Shown: positions 13,876 through 29,000, counted from the first letter of the stretch. The stretch is 64,000 nucleotides of DNA from Lama guanicoe (GCA_013239625.1 MU053810.1:1063320-1127319); one strand, 5' to 3'. Numbers and translations: made by a program. The notes: a model not told the origin generated them from the sequence alone.

Positions 13876-14283
13876 TTTTTTAAAACTTTTCAATTGAAGT
13901 ACAGTTGCCGCACAGTATTACATGTTGCATGTGTACCATATAGTGATTTACAATTTTAAAGGTTATACTCTATTCATAGTTGTTATAAAATGTTGGCTGT
14001 CTTCCCCGTGTTGTACAGTACATCCTTGTAGGTTCTTTTATACCTAATAGTTTGTACTGCTTAGTCTCCTGTGTTACCCCGCACCCTCTTCTGTGCCCTA
14101 CTGGCAGCTACTAATTTCTCTGTATCTGTGAGTGTCTGCTTTGTTTTTGTTAAATTCATTAGTTTGTTGTATTTTTTAGATTCCACATGTAAGTGGTATC
14201 ATACAGCATTTGTCTTTGTGTGATTTATTTCACTTCGCATAATGCCTTCCAAGTCCACCCGTGTTGCTGCAAATGGCAAAATT
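13876..14283 (-). mobile_element. L1 3' end fragment
   Basis: ttgaagtacagttg...ttagattccacatgtaagtg...gttgctgcaaatggcaaaatt; GGAAGTT flanks both ends. Confidence 0.85.
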
Positions 14284-14422
14284 ATGGAAGTTCTTTTAAT
14301 TTGGGAAAGGTGAAACTTGAAAGAGCAGAGTTTAGATTTAAGTTGAGAGTCAATGAGTAAATATTAAAGGATCTTGGATAGAGAAGGAAAATGACAAACT
14401 ACCATTGAAAGAGGATCATTCT

Positions 14423-14801
14423 TGAAAGAAAAATACCATATGATATATCACTCATATGTGGAATGTTAAAAAAAAAAAAAAGGAAGAAGAAAGAAGACAC
14501 TAATGAACTCACCTACAAAACAGAAACAGACCGGGGAAAGGGGGTGGAAAGGGATAAACTTGGGAGTTTTGAGATTTTCAGATGTTAACCGCTATATATA
14601 AAAATATATAAAAACAAATTTCTGTATGTTACAGGGAACTGTATTCAATATCCTGTAATAACCTTTAGTGAAAAAAAATCAAAGCAAATCTCTGTATATA
14701 TATGCATGACTGGGACATTACGGTCTACACTAGAAATTGACACATTGTGACTGACTATACATCAATTTAAAAATTTTTTTAAATTTAAAAATTTTAAAAA
14801 G
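14423..14801 (+). mobile_element. L1 3' end fragment with TSD
   Basis: aaaataccatatgatatatcactcatatgtggaat...tgactatacatcaattt + A-rich tail; 16-bp TSD GAAAGAGGATCAT(T/C)CT at 14407-14422 and 14802-14817. Confidence 0.9.
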
Positions 14802-14884
14802 GAAAGAGGATCATCCTGCTACAAGCGTGGAGGGATATTTGGAACTGGGGCAGGAGGGAACCAGAGAGAAAGTTTGATTTCAGA

Positions 14885-15250
14885 ACACAGTCTGGAGAAT
14901 ACGTGCATTAGAGTCATCTTGGGTGCTTGTTAAAAATATCGATTCTCGGGCTTCTCTCCATACCTAAAAAACTTCTATTTATGCAGGACTTTACCATAGA
15001 GTAAGCAATTTTATCACACACCCCAGGTGATTCTGAAAGATGGAGACCTGTTAAGTTATGACTCTTGTCAGCTCTGCGTGTTACAGTCACCGAGGTAGCT
15101 GGTAAAGGATCCTGATGTTAGGCTGCAACAGTTGGACCAATTAAATCAGACTCTCTGGAGAGGAATTCTGGGCTTTGGTGGTTTGGTTTTTGTTTTTGTT
15201 TTTTCACTGTTCACTGGTGACTGGAAGCTGAAGTTGAAATCCACTGAGCC
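14885..15250. mobile_element. Two adjacent MER5-like fragments
   Basis: tgcattagagtcatcttggg..cttgttaaaaat..gattctcggg; ccccaggtgattctg; gaccaattaaatcagactctctgg. Confidence 0.5.
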
Positions 15251-15449
15251 AGAAATTTGTTCCAGGGAGCCAGCCATGGGTAGTCATCGTTTGCCTAGAG
15301 TTGTGGTAATAGTAATGGACAAGGTTGGTTATCAAAGGCATTTGGGACATAATGGCCAAAGTAGCCCCACCTTCCGTCTGTAAAACATTATTACTTGATT
15401 GTGTCATCTAGGATTTATTTATACTCTTTTTTGAACTTTAATTTTGTAG

Positions 15450-15977
<528 letters not shown>

Positions 15978-18166
15978 TGAATAAGGGGTTTCATAAGGTG
16001 TATCTGGAATGCATCAGAATGTCTAAGGAATGTGAAGGATTGCTATAGTCTTGAATTAAAAGTAAATGAACTTTGATCAGTTACTTTAGCACACATTTAT
16101 CATTTAATTAAGGGTGTACCAAGGCTCGTTAGGTTGCTTTCTTCCTTGACTACCCCCAGTAATGTGTGATTAAAATCTCTAAAAGTGGACACATGGAGAC
16201 ACACCTGCAGGTCCCGCCGATTTTAAGTAATTGTTGTGCTGAAATGAAAAACGTAGAGGAAGAACAGAGTTTGCGCCATCTGTGGTATTCTGAAGAAAAT
16301 TTGGACTCTTAAATCTGTTATTTTGAATATATTATCTGATTTTTTTTTTTTTTACATTTTATAAGTAAGCACAAAAATCCAGGAAGAGTGCATGCCTAGT
16401 TGGAAAAATCACATAGCTACTCTGGGGTAGAACCAGAGTTTGAATCTAGGTTCCCTTCCTCCTGGTTTATTCTTTGCTCTAAATCTTAACCTACCTCCTC
16501 CTAAAAGTCTAACTTGCAGTAGCAAATTCAGATGCTCATGTGGCTTTTACAGTTTTGTAAAGGACTTTTGCATGTGTATTATCCATTTGATTCTGCAGTT
16601 CCCTGAAGTGGGTAGATCAGGGGTCGTTTTTGCCAGTTTTATAGATATGAAGAAGAAAGAGAGGTGGTTGTTTATCCTTACCAACTAGAAGGTGGGCAGG
16701 AAAAGAGGGACGTGGACTGGAACCCACAGTGTCTAGTTAATTCACGTTCATTCCAAAATATCATTCAGCCTATGACACGTAGGATGGCTGAATATTTGTT
16801 GTCTCCCTCTGGTCAAAGACATCTACATATAATATATTGAAAAAAACTTCTTACCTATTTTAGCTCAATTTTTTTTCTTTTTTTTCTTTTTTGGCATATA
16901 CTAAATTTCTCAGTTACCCAAACTTAAAGCACTGTCTAAATATCTTTAGTTAACAATTTTGTGGCCAAGAACTTAGCTCCAGGCCACCTTTTGAGAGCTT
17001 CTAACGGTCATAGGTGTAAACTGTACTTGGCTCAGTAGAGAGCACATTGGGATCGGTGACTTGTCCAGATAGAAGCAGAAATCACGAGAACTAATCGGCC
17101 ACGTGTAGGGTGATAGCTCGCTGTTCAGCCACAAAGTTAAGATGCACATAACCATGTGAAATGAGATTGAAGAGGGTTCTTTGACTTGTATTTAAAAATC
17201 CACTTTATTTAAAAGTCATCCACGTCAAATGAATTCTTAATGTCTAATCAGATCAGTTGTAATATGGACTTAAGTGGTATTTAGTGGATAAACTCCACTT
17301 AAACGATATTTACTCAAGAATTGGTTTCCAGGGGAAATAACCTTGGCAGGAGAGCAGTTTCATAGTCAGATGACCATGGAACTAAGTAAGGAATCCTTCG
17401 ATTTTGAATCTAAACCATAAAAATTCAGTTTTGAGACCCATCCTGGGTTGTGCACAGTGCTCTGCTTGATTTTATACAGGAGTTCTTTTAAAAAAATGAA
17501 TTCCAGGCATGAAAAGATGAAATCAGAGATTCTGCATGCTGTGTGGATTAATCATATAAGATAGTGAGGATTGGGTCCAGTTTAAGCAACAGGATATTTT
17601 TGTTCATTGAATAATGAGCATTCCTAGTTCCTATGTTACTGAAAGAGCAGCAGCAACAACCAGCATTTTAATTAGCTGGGATGTTGTAGGTGTAATCACC
17701 TAGCATCATGTCGACCAGGTAACGGGGACCCATTAAATACTGGTTTAGAAGAAAAATTTAAAGATTTTTCAGGATCATTCATTTAAAATGAAATACAGGA
17801 CCAGATATAGGAACTGTTTGACTTCTTAATGTCAGCTGAAATTACCAGCCATGGCTTTTGTGTGTGGCATGGTCAGGAAAGTCATTGCATTTAAAACTTA
17901 AGGTAAACCTTCTAACTAATTTTTACTGCAGACTTTATTGAGAAATAATTGACATATTATAAACTATACATATCAAAAATTTTGAAACCATCAGCACAAT
18001 CAAGATAATTAAAATGTGAATATACTTCATTTCTAAAAGCTTCCTGGTGGAACTCTCCTGGTGAAAACAGGTGCCGTTCCTAGAGCCCATGGACTGTCAT
18101 CTCCCATCCTTCTGTGGGTCTCCACAGACGTGCTTCTCCTGTGGTCTCTGACTTCGGTCAATTCTT

Positions 18167-18276
18167 TTTTTTTTTAACTTTTTTTTATTGAGTTTGAGTC
18201 ATTTTACAATGTGTCAAATTCCAGTATAGAGCACAATTTTTTCAGTTATACATGAACATACATATATTCATTGTCA
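18167..18276 (-). mobile_element. Very short young L1 3' end with TSD
   Basis: Poly-T + ttattgagtt..gtcattttacaatg..tcaaattccagt..; TSD GGTCAATTCTT at 18156-18166 and 18283-18293. Confidence 0.9.
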
Positions 18277-19307
18277 CTGACTGGTCAATTCTTAATCGCC
18301 TCTTTCCATATCAACTGTTGTAAGAAAGGCAGAGGATTAAAAAAAATGCAGTCTCCTTGGGGTAGCCTCTGCTGACTGACTATTAGATACTCTATCCTTC
18401 CCCCTCCTCCTTGTGCTTTGTTTCTTTCCTCCTTTTTTCCTTCCTCTCTCCCTTCTCCTTTTCTCTCTCCTTCCCTCCCTCTCTCCTTTCCTCCTTTCCT
18501 GATTTTGAGGCTTAGTGAATATTTCCTGAACATCATATGTTGTCACAAAATGTTATTTATTTAGTCCTCAGTAAAAGCACAATAGAAGCTCAGGTTCAAA
18601 TCACAGGCTTTTTAAATCCCATGTCAGAGATGTCGAAGTTGAAGTAGAAGTGTGCAGAGGCTAAGGCTGTTGCTCCTGTATCCATCCCCTCCTGCTGCTT
18701 CTTAGTCATACTTTTACCTTCACTGAGGTCATGTCTAACCCAAGCTCGTTGTAATGGTGGTTTGTAACTTGTCTTACTGCCGTCACATTCTTTTACCTAC
18801 TCAACTGAAGCAAAATTCACCTTTCTAGAATGCAGATCTGGTCCTGGTATTTCCTGCCATAAAACCCTTTAATGAAAAAAACAACAAAAACCCTTTAGTG
18901 GCTTTCCGTAATTTATGAGATAATGTCCAAATTCCTATATGTCTTCTCATATTTCTTCTTGAATCCCATGCCCAAGTCTCCGCCTGCTTCCTGTGTGTCA
19001 GAAGTTGCCCTCAGAGCACTGAGCTCATGCTCTTCCTGTGTGTGGGAAGACTTCTTCATCCTGGACCTTTCCCTCTCCAGACGTGCTTGTAAAATACCCA
19101 TTCATCTTTTTTTTTCAGATTCAGGTTAGGTTTCACTATTTTTTGGTTTACCATTTTTCCCCTTAATATTGGATTTTATTATTAATTTATTATTTGAAAA
19201 TTAATACATTCATGTGTTTCAGAATTCAAATGATATTGCTACCTTTTTTTCTTTTTTATACAAATGATAGAACACTGTATTTATACTGAACTGATTATAT
19301 TATTTCA

Positions 19308-19960
19308 TAGGAGAAGGACAATATAGGGTTGAGGATTAAGAGGTACAAACTATTAGGTTAAAAAAAAAAAGCTACAAGGATATATAGTATAACATGGGGA
19401 ATACAGCCAACATTTTACAATAACTATAAATGGGGTAGAACCTTTAAAAATTGTGTATCACTTATTATGCACCTGTATCATATAGTAGTGCACACAATTA
19501 TACTTCAATAAAATAAATACATAAATAAAAATTTTGAAAAGCAAATTACAAATTGAAAAAATACTCTTGAACTGATTGACGTGCTCTTGCAAATGAAGAC
19601 AAGTTCCAACAACCAAGAAAAAAATGGGCAAAAGATGTGAGCAGAAAAGAAATTGCAAATGGTTTATGAGCATTAAAAAATTTTCAGTAACATTTGTTGT
19701 ATGATAATTACAAATTGGAACTATTCTATTGTACTGCTTGCAACTAGAAGTTTGGGAAAGACTTATAATCTTAACTATTCATTATGTTGGCAAAGTTGTG
19801 GGAAAAGGTATTTTCATGTATTATTTGTGAAGGTTTAAACTGACACAATTTCTTGGAGGAATAACTTGTCAATATCTACCAAAGTTAAAAATGTGCATGT
19901 ATTTTGACCCAGCAATAGCATTTGTAGGACCTTATGCTAGACTTAAGTGTGTTTATAGGC
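19308..19960 (+). mobile_element. L1 3' end (19308-19530) followed by an older L1 ORF2-end relic
   Basis: aggtacaaactatta...atggggaatacagccaa...tatacttcaataaaa; then aaatgggcaaaagatgtgagcaga...tttgacccagcaat. Confidence 0.7.
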
Positions 19961-21027
19961 AAAATTATATATATAACCAGCTCTTCAATGAATAATTCTT
20001 TTGCAAGGGTCAAAAGTTAGCATCTAGCACAGTGTATGAGATCTAGATGGGCAGCAAATGTTTGTTGAATGACTATTTGACTGCATGACTGAAGTCATAT
20101 TTAGTAAGTAGAAAGCTAGGACTACTTTCCTGATCATTGTCTTTTGTACTAAGTTTTGGTTTCTTTATTGTGTATTCATAATAGTTTCTTCATGGTTTAA
20201 CATTGAGGAGCCCTTCTTAAATTAGATTATTTAAACAATAATTGATCTACATACATGAGACTTCAATAATTTTGAATTTTATTTTTAGTTTCAATAATCA
20301 GTTTATTGATTCTTATGTTTGGGCTCATTATTATTTACATTTTAAAATAGGTAGTCATAACTGTTTCATCTAAAAATTACTCATGTTCATTATGATAGAG
20401 GAGTATCGCTGTTTACATTGAAGTAGTGGAGTTCTGGTGAGACCTTTAATATGTCAAGACTATTCCTTCCTTTTTTGTGTGTCAGCAGGCTGCTGGGTTC
20501 ATATAAATGATTTAAATCTTCTTTGGAAATGTGATGATGGTTGTATTTCCTACTTTTAGTTTGTAGTACTTCAAAATCCCTGTGACACATACAGTAAAGT
20601 CCCTCAGAGCAGTTGACATAATAATTATGTGGTTAATTTCACAAGACATGACAGCCGTCATTTCTATCATTAATTGGTACAGAAGATAGACTTTGTTTTC
20701 CAGATGGAAGCTCAGTCATAGAATTCGAAAATTTATAAGTAGAAAGGGATTATTTAGTCCAACTCTTTTGTTGTTTCGGCAAAGAAATTAAGATCCAGAA
20801 GCTCTGTTGTCTTTAATGTCTTAACATGTATTTAAGAACAAAGAAGAGAGACTCAGGTTTCCTGTGTCCCAGCCCAATGATCTTGACATTTTAATACCCT
20901 GGATTAACATTATCCACATAATTAAACATAATTGCATACTAAATGAGAAACAAAAATACTAAGGAGATACTACACTGAAAAATATAATATTTTTTCCCTT
21001 GACAAATACAATACAGTACTGTAAATG

Positions 21028-21228
21028 TTTTTTTTTTTTAATTGAAGTAGTCAGTTACAGTGTGTCAATTTTTGGTGTACAGCACAATGTCCCAGTCATG
21101 CATATACATACATATATTCATTTTCATATACTTTCTCATTGTTCCCTGTGCTATACAGAAGAAATTTGTGTTTTGGTTTTTTTTTCTATTTTTATATATA
21201 GTGACTAACATTTGCAAATCTCAAACTC
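21028..21228 (-). mobile_element. Young L1 3' end fragment
   Basis: Poly-T + attgaagtagtcagttacagtgtgtcaattt...tcccagtcatgcatatacat...ttccctgtgctatacag. Confidence 0.85.
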
Positions 21229-24200
21229 TTTTGATTTTCAAATTCAGTATGTAATAACTCAAAGATTAATACTTATAGTGATTCCTTGAGTTAACTTCTT
21301 CCAGTAAGGTCTCAATTTAGTAATCTAAAAATTTTGACTCCTTCAAATGCTACCCTCATGGTCTGAAAAATGTGTTTATTTATGTGCCATGGAGAATGAT
21401 TTATTTATTTCAAAAGGCCAATTTTCAAAATATATGACTGTTGTGAAATTGTACCTATTTTCCCCACACCTTTCCTAAATACATTTTAGAGAGCACGTCC
21501 AGATTTTCATAATACAGAAAAAATTACAGTGTAATAGCCTTATGAAGGAGAGTGATGGCCTTCAGACATTGTAACTTCCAGAGATCCCAGTGCTTTTTAG
21601 AATGTGTTTGGTTGTTGCAACACTGATCATCTATACTAATCATACGATAATGTACTATAATGCTAATAATACAATATACTAAATTATTAAATGGTACATT
21701 AGTCTTAATGAAATCATACAGAATATTGGAGAGAAATGGTTTGTGTGTGGATTCTGTAGGGTATGTCAACATAATGTCCTCTTTTCCGAAAGATATTTTC
21801 TTGGGTATGTCCCATCTCAGTTGGTGTACTCGTGGAAGGGTGGATCGGAGGATGAGATGGTGTCTGTCTACATGCTAACATTGGGAAATACATTCAGGTG
21901 TGACAAACAGAGGGTCCATTTACTCCAGAACATTACTACCTGCAGAATGCAACTAACTCTATCACTAAAATTGTGGGACCAAGACAGATGACTGTGCTTG
22001 TCATCCTAGACTGCTCTTGGATTGACAGTCTTAAAACCTTAAAACCAAGGTGGTTTATTTATCTTTTCCTTTGGAAGAATTCTCGTTGCTTTATCTAAAC
22101 AGTAAGACTTGCTGCTGCTGCTGCTTTTTTTTTTTTTAATTTTATATGGAATTGCTTAGGACTCATTTTTAGTTCCTTTCCCCAGCGTACTTTTGGATAA
22201 GAGACTCCTTTCTTTCTCCTGAGGTTATACCATCAGCATGAAATTGTCATGAAACGTCAGTACATCAGAACACCTTGTAAAGCGCGCTAGGTGCGGGGCC
22301 ACATTCCCATGGCAACAAGGAAAGGTGTTTGAGCCATACCTAATGTCGTTGTGGAGGCTGTTGAATGAAACTAAGAGAGGAGGAACACTTGATCACAACC
22401 CTTCAACTCTTGTCATGCTGAACATAGCAGTGACCTTCTGAAAGGACAGTTTCTAACAAGGGGAACACAGTGAGATTCTTTATCTTACCTGCTCTCACTG
22501 TATGACACATGTTCACTTACACTTACATGAGGATCTAGGTATGTAATTCGAAATAACTATTTAGCGTCTAATGTTCTCAGTAGCCTTTGTTAGGGGTGCA
22601 CCATAACCGTTGAATCAGAATCATAAAATACTGCACTTGGAATTATGTAACAATAAAACTAGCTCCAGCATTTTCTCAGCAAGTGTTTGACGCACATGTT
22701 CTCTTGAACCTCTGGTGATAAGAATTTATGACTTCATGAGGTTTTCTGTACGTCCTCGGGACACACTGACAGAAAACATTTTCTTACACAGAATTGAAAT
22801 CTCTCTCCCTTTTGCTTTTTGTCTTGGAGGACTGAGTTTCTTGGCGTGGATTCAGTATCAGCAGTAGTCACTGATTAAGTATCGCAAAAACCTAGTTTAA
22901 TTCAACTTACTAATTCTTTGACACCACAGGAACCAGGACTCACAAGCTTCCACTCACTTTTTCCCAACATGACCTCTTTTTCTGAAACGTGTATTAGTGT
23001 ATGACGTAGGGCTGCGAAGAGGGCATGGGCTTTCAAAGAAAAGATTCTTCATTTAGACCTGTTAACATCACAGGACTTTCTCACTCAATCTGAAAGAATT
23101 CTGTAGCTTCTGGTAACATCCTCCCGTAATAAAGGAAAAGAGTTTTTCTCCCCAGTGGATTTTGTGAAAGATTTCAAAAATCTTATTCATAATCATAATT
23201 TATTTCTTTCATTTGTGGGCTGTTATCTTTAAATTTTAAGTGGTGCTTCACTTTTAAGTACTAGGGAAAAAATCTTTTGGAAGTTAACGTTGCAAATTCG
23301 GTAGGACCATATTTAATAATGTTATCTCGATCGCACTTTTCGTGAAATTAAATACAGAGGTGCTAAGGGTATAAATTACTTATGCGGCCTCGTATAACAT
23401 TTTTCTCCCAAGGGTGTGTAGTTTGCTAGAATTTGCACTGAAAGGTTTTGGATAGAATATGTTGGCTTGGAGCCTGGGTAAGCAGCACTCGGATTTGCTG
23501 CTTACTGAGCAGTGTACTAAATCTTATTTCACAGTCTTAGGTTTCTCATAGGCTGTCTTTTTTCTGCGGAATTCAAATATATCCACAGCTTACTGCGTCA
23601 GCTTTTCATCACCTCCTGATGAAAAGTGATGAACTGGTTTGCACTGTGAAGAATAGGTGACTAGAAAAGGGGAGAAGAAACGATTCGGGAGAGAATATTA
23701 CAGGAAGGCAAGAGCCAGAAAACAAGTCAAATCTCATAATAAACCCATCATTTAAATCCTACTCTTCTAGTTATGGGTTCAGTAATACAAAATGTTATCT
23801 AAAATTTGCAACCCTCCAAAATTACAGTAAAATATTAATATGGGTCAGTAAACAATGGAAATAAACTGTAAATATATTATTAGTAATATGTATATTATGG
23901 CTTATTAAGCATTGAAAAGTCATAAAAATTATATAATACTCTGTTAGTATCCAAATGTATAATTCATGTTGAAGGAGAAAGATTTGAGTTGTTGAGTTGA
24001 ATTTTTAAAAATTGCCAGTTGGCTGGTAAAAAAGGGTTAGAAAAACACTAAGTATGGATGAATGTTTTAATTCTACTGTTCCTCTTCCCCCTTTTCAGTC
24101 TGTGCTTTATTTGAAACTGCATGTAACTGGGCTTCGGTTTGTTTGTTTCTTTTTGTCCCTGGTGTTGGATACGTGAGCCACGTGGGTCCTTTCTGTTCAT

Positions 24201-26769
24201 CATACTTCCAAACCCTTTTACACTCCCTTCCGGCTAAAATGGTAGAATGCAGTGAGAAAATGCAGACCCAGTGTGGGCGGGTTGCTGTGTCTGATTCTGC
24301 AGATTTTGCCACAGAGAGGCTGTTCAGCTGAGGGGCTCTGAGTGGGTTGAAATCTCAGTTGTGGGACTGAGATTTGCCATTTTGGAATTTGTGCAAAAGT
24401 GCTGGATGTGCTAACAGCTGCCATGCTGGCCTCCTGACAAGAAAGGATTTAACTGCACTTGTGTGAATCTGCAATATGAAGAAAAGTGCATTGGATTTTC
24501 AAGGCTGAATTATTTTGCTAAAAAGTAAACTAAGTAGCACATTGGGGTATGAATCTTCTTCAGACAGTGTCTGTGTATTTATCTAGACAAACAAAAGTAA
24601 CAGTTTATTCCTCTCTGATGTATTGTTCACTCTCTAGGAATAAACTCTTTGAAAGATTTTTCAGATATGTTTTTCTCTGCTGATCCAAGCTCGTTTTAAT
24701 CCCGTTTAACGTTTCGAATTTGCCTTTTCTCCTCAAGTGTTTTGACTTCTGATTTTTTTTCTTTAACCGTGTAACATATTGAACCAAATAGTTTTGCTTG
24801 CTTATACTGAGGACACATGATTTTGGCTTTTATCTTCAGGAGAAAATCAATGTGTCATAGTGTTCTCAAAGAAAAAGGTATGGGACCTCTTTGTAATTCT
24901 TTGTCAGATGATCGCTTTATCTTGATTTATGCCTTTAAACTTTTTCTCATTCAGCAGAAAATGTTGTGTCGCTATCTGTGAGGGCAAAGCGATCTATACC
25001 AATTTATGCTTTGAGAGCAGCTTCCTTGCAGAGCTGTTTACGGAACATACCGGCTCACAGTAGATTCGGGACCTGATCCCTCCCTTCTTCCTTCTTAAGT
25101 ATGTCAGATGGATGATTTTGATTCATATCCACATTTTTATATTAAAATTTTTAGTAAAAATGTTCCTTTGTAAGATAAAAGGAGATTGTAGGTGATTATT
25201 ATTTTCCTGTTTCCTGGAATTTCAGGGTCTAGAAAGAAACTCAGTGTTCCCGGTCTTAACAAAATTATTCTCTTTTTTATCCGGATTGCATTTGGAACTG
25301 CTCTAGGGTCTGTTTGCAAAACAGCATTGTCAAGTCTGGCCAAGCTGCAATCTGATCTTAAACTTTTGAAAGCTAATTTCTTGAAGTAGAATTCAAGAAA
25401 TCATCTTCTGAGTAACTTTTTTTTCCTACCCAAACACATTCTAGTCTGCCTTGTCATGCGGTTACTTGTGTCTCAATATTTCATTGTTGCTATCTTGAAC
25501 TTTTTATTGAGCTTAAAAATGATTAGGCCTAAAAAAAAATTAGGCCTGTTTTGTTCTTGTACAGAAGATGTTCTTTACATCTTATGACATAAAGCTTTCC
25601 TCCAGAGGGAGAAAAACATGGATAAATCCAATTCTTAAAAGAATGTAAGCTTAAAGACGTTTAGTGACCTCTAAATCGTTCCCCAGGGGGGTTAAGGGTA
25701 GAGAAAGAAGATGGAGAGAAGTCCTGTACCTAAAGCCTTTATTTATACTGAGTGTCTGACAAAGGAGTTTTTTCCTCCCCAGTTTCTCTGTGAATTGCTG
25801 TATATAAAAATTTTTATTTGCCATTGGGACCACTGAAAATTTCAGGACATCTGAGAGATTTGTAGAGACTGCTTATGCTATTTGAAATGGGGATTGTTCT
25901 GGAAAAGCTGGAACGTGTTCTCCTTGTGTATAAACACATCCTTATAAGGTATAGGCTGTTTCTATACTTCTGTGTCCCTGAATTGACTGATCCGTGCACA
26001 CGTGTGTATGTGCACACACATGAATGTTAATGTCTTCTCTGTTGTTAACAGGATTAGTATGATTTTCATTTGTATGTGTCATCCGTACAATTACCCTTTG
26101 AACTCTAGGGCTCCAGTTATTGTTTCATTCAGTACAGAGAAGACCTTCCCCTAGTGTCCCTGTCTGTAGCTTCATCTTAATTATAACACAGTCAAAAGCA
26201 ATTAAAATCCACTAAGAAATGTTAAAAAAAAAAAAAAGCTAGAGAGCACCCAGGCTCTACCTTCGGATGAGGCTTTATTTTTCTTTGTCAAGTACAGTGT
26301 GTAACTCCTTGTTTTGACCTCTTAAAACTCTGTGGTTCCTCCTGTGTTGCCGTCCTTGGCTTTGGGACTCTCGATTTGATTGCATGTGAAGATTTATTCC
26401 TGCTGCTTTCATGGCTTCTCTGCTGTCTCTGCCCTCGCAGGTAATGACAGCTCACTCTGTAATCCTTGGTGTTATCCTTGCTCAGATAACTGGTAGTAAC
26501 GGAGGTGTGTGTTTTTACGTGATTGTCATTCTATCTCAGCCAACTTTGCACATCTTGGAAATACAGTTTGTAGTTACACTTACATTACAAATCAGAGTGC
26601 TGTAGAGCGGCCACCATTGCTGCAGCGCTACGTGACTGTACCTCGACTTGGAACTACTATTTGGTATAAAACATGAGTTCATTTTAGATGACATTTTAAG
26701 TAGCTCAGATTAAAGTCGCATTTTTAGCACAATGAATTTAACTGTTTTCCACTGTAGAGTGAGTTCAAG

Positions 26770-27016
26770 CTATTGAAGATGCGATATGGACTTTAGAGTA
26801 AAATTGCTGAAGTTCAAATCCTGGCTCTGTCATTTATGAGCTGTGTAGCCTTAGGAAAAAAATGTAACCTCTCTGTGCCAGTTTCTTCACCTGTGATAGG
26901 GTACAGTAATAGTACCTACCTTGTATAGTTCATGTGAAGATAACATGTATTAATATACTTATAAGCACTTAGAATAGCCAGGTGTACAGTAATTACTCAA
27001 ATGCTAGCAATAATGA
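26770..27016 (+). mobile_element. MIR
   Basis: gttcaaatcctggctctg.cattta..agctgtgt..ccttagg..aacctctctgtgccagtttc MIR core. Confidence 0.85.
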
Positions 27017-27280
27017 CAATAATAAATATGTAATAATAAAAAATATAATAGACATTATTATTAAGTTGAAAAATAAAAATTGAAGGTGTCACTGAACTAG
27101 AACAAACATTGTATGACCTCTGTCTCCTTTCTAAGTGGTTGAGGAGATAAAAGCCATTTCCTCCGTTTCGATACCTAGTTATTCTAAATACAGAAAGGTG
27201 TTGCCCCCCTCATGGTAGCCAGAGCAAACTACCCGTTCTTTCTCTTATTAAGCAATAGAATGACAAAAGATCAGTGCATT

Positions 27281-27565
27281 TTTTGAGCATTTTTTATTGA
27301 GTTATAGTCATTTTACAATGTTGTGTCAAATTCCAGAGTAGAGCACAATTTTTCAATTATACGTGAACATGCATATATTCATTGTCACCTTTTTTTTCCC
27401 GCTGTGAGCTACCACAAGATCTTGTAGATATTTCCCTGTGCTATACAGTGTAATCTTGCCTATCTATTCTGCATATGCCTGTCAGTATCTACTAAGTTTG
27501 AACTCCCAGTCTGTCCCTTCCCACCCCCCCACCTTGGCAACCACAAGTTTGTATTCTATGTCTGA
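27281..27565 (-). mobile_element. Young L1 3' end with TSD
   Basis: Same family as the 18167 and 61696 copies; TSD AAAG(A/G)TCAGTG(C/T)ATT at 27266-27280 and 27569-27583. Confidence 0.9.
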
Positions 27566-27679
27566 ATCAAAGGTCAGTGTATTAATACTACTTACTACTG
27601 AATAATAGTTATGAGGATCATAATGACAGAGTTTACTGAAATGTAAATAATAAACGAATATTAGGAAGATTATACCAAT

Positions 27680-29000
27680 AAATTGGACCACTTAGGTGAA
27701 ATCAATATGAATTAACAAAACTGACCTTAACAAGAAATAGGAAGTCAAAGAGCTTTGTCTCAGTTAAAGAAATTTAATTCACATTTAAAACCTCACACAA
27801 GGAAACTTTCAGGCCCAGATATACGTGCTGATTAATTGTATTAAGCAACGTATTTCAAAAAAAAAAAAAGGAGGAGGAGGAAACATTTTCCAACAGAGGC
27901 TGATAATACCCTGATACCAAAACCAGAGATGTCACAAGAGAAGAAAATGACAGACCAATATATCTATTATGAACTTAGATGCAATGCTCTTAACACAATG
28001 TTCAGCAATGTTAAAAAATGGTAATATATCATGACCAAATGGGGTTTATCTCAGAGATGCAAGTTTGGGTTAACATCTGAAAATCTGTTGTTAATAGGAA
28101 AAAAAAAGGTGCCAAATTAGGTGATCTTCTCAACAGATGCATAGAAAGAATTTACAAAATGCAACACCCTTATATAATAAGAACTGTCAACAAGCTAAGA
28201 ATACAAGGGATCACTTTCAAACTGATTACATGTGTTTACAAAAAAATCTGCTGACAGCATACGTCACAGTGAAAGACTTAACTGCTTTCTACGTAAGTTT
28301 GGGAAGAATGCAAGGATATTCTTGCTCCCCACTTCTTTAAAATATTACACTGGAGGTCCAAACTAGTGCACAAGGGAGAAAGAAAAGAGGGAAGGAAGGA
28401 AAAGAAGAATAGAAGGAAGAGAGGCACACAGATTGGGAAGAAAGAAAAATACTATGTTTAGTCTCAGGCAATGTCATTGTCTACATAGCAAATCCCTGGG
28501 AGTCAGCACAAAAGCGCTAGAATTAATAAGTGGATTTTGCAAAGTTATAGGATAAAAGGTTAATAATTTTAATTGTATTTTATATATACAATCAGTAAGC
28601 AATTGGGAAATTACATCATATAAACCAACGTGTAATATACTAAAAATAATAAAATACTTCAGAATAATTTCAATGAAAGATGTGAAGATCTGAAATTCAT
28701 AAAACATTGATGTGTGAGTTTGCAACCTAAATAGGTAGAAATACAGGCCAAGTTGACAGATAAAGGCTTAATACTCATTAGATGATAATTATCCTCAAGT
28801 TGATCTCTACATTCAGTCCAATCCCAAAATATAAGCCTTTTTGGAGAAATTGCAAAGCTGATTCTAAAATTTTTATGGATATACAGAGGTCCTAACATAC
28901 CCAAAGCATTGTTTTAAAAATAACAAAGTTGGAAGACTTACCATCCCAAATTTCAAGACATTTTTTAAAGCTGCATTAAGCAATATGGCATAGCATTGGT
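27680..29000 (+). mobile_element. Old L1 ORF2 (reverse transcriptase region) relic, disrupted
   Basis: ataccctgataccaaaacca...cagaccaatat...gatgcaa...catgaccaaatggggtttatc...gatgcaag; ends aacaaagttggaagact; many stops and frameshifts. Confidence 0.85.

Noticed and set aside
27680..29000. Functional reverse transcriptase
   Set aside because: Old L1 ORF2 relic broken by stops, frameshifts and deletions.
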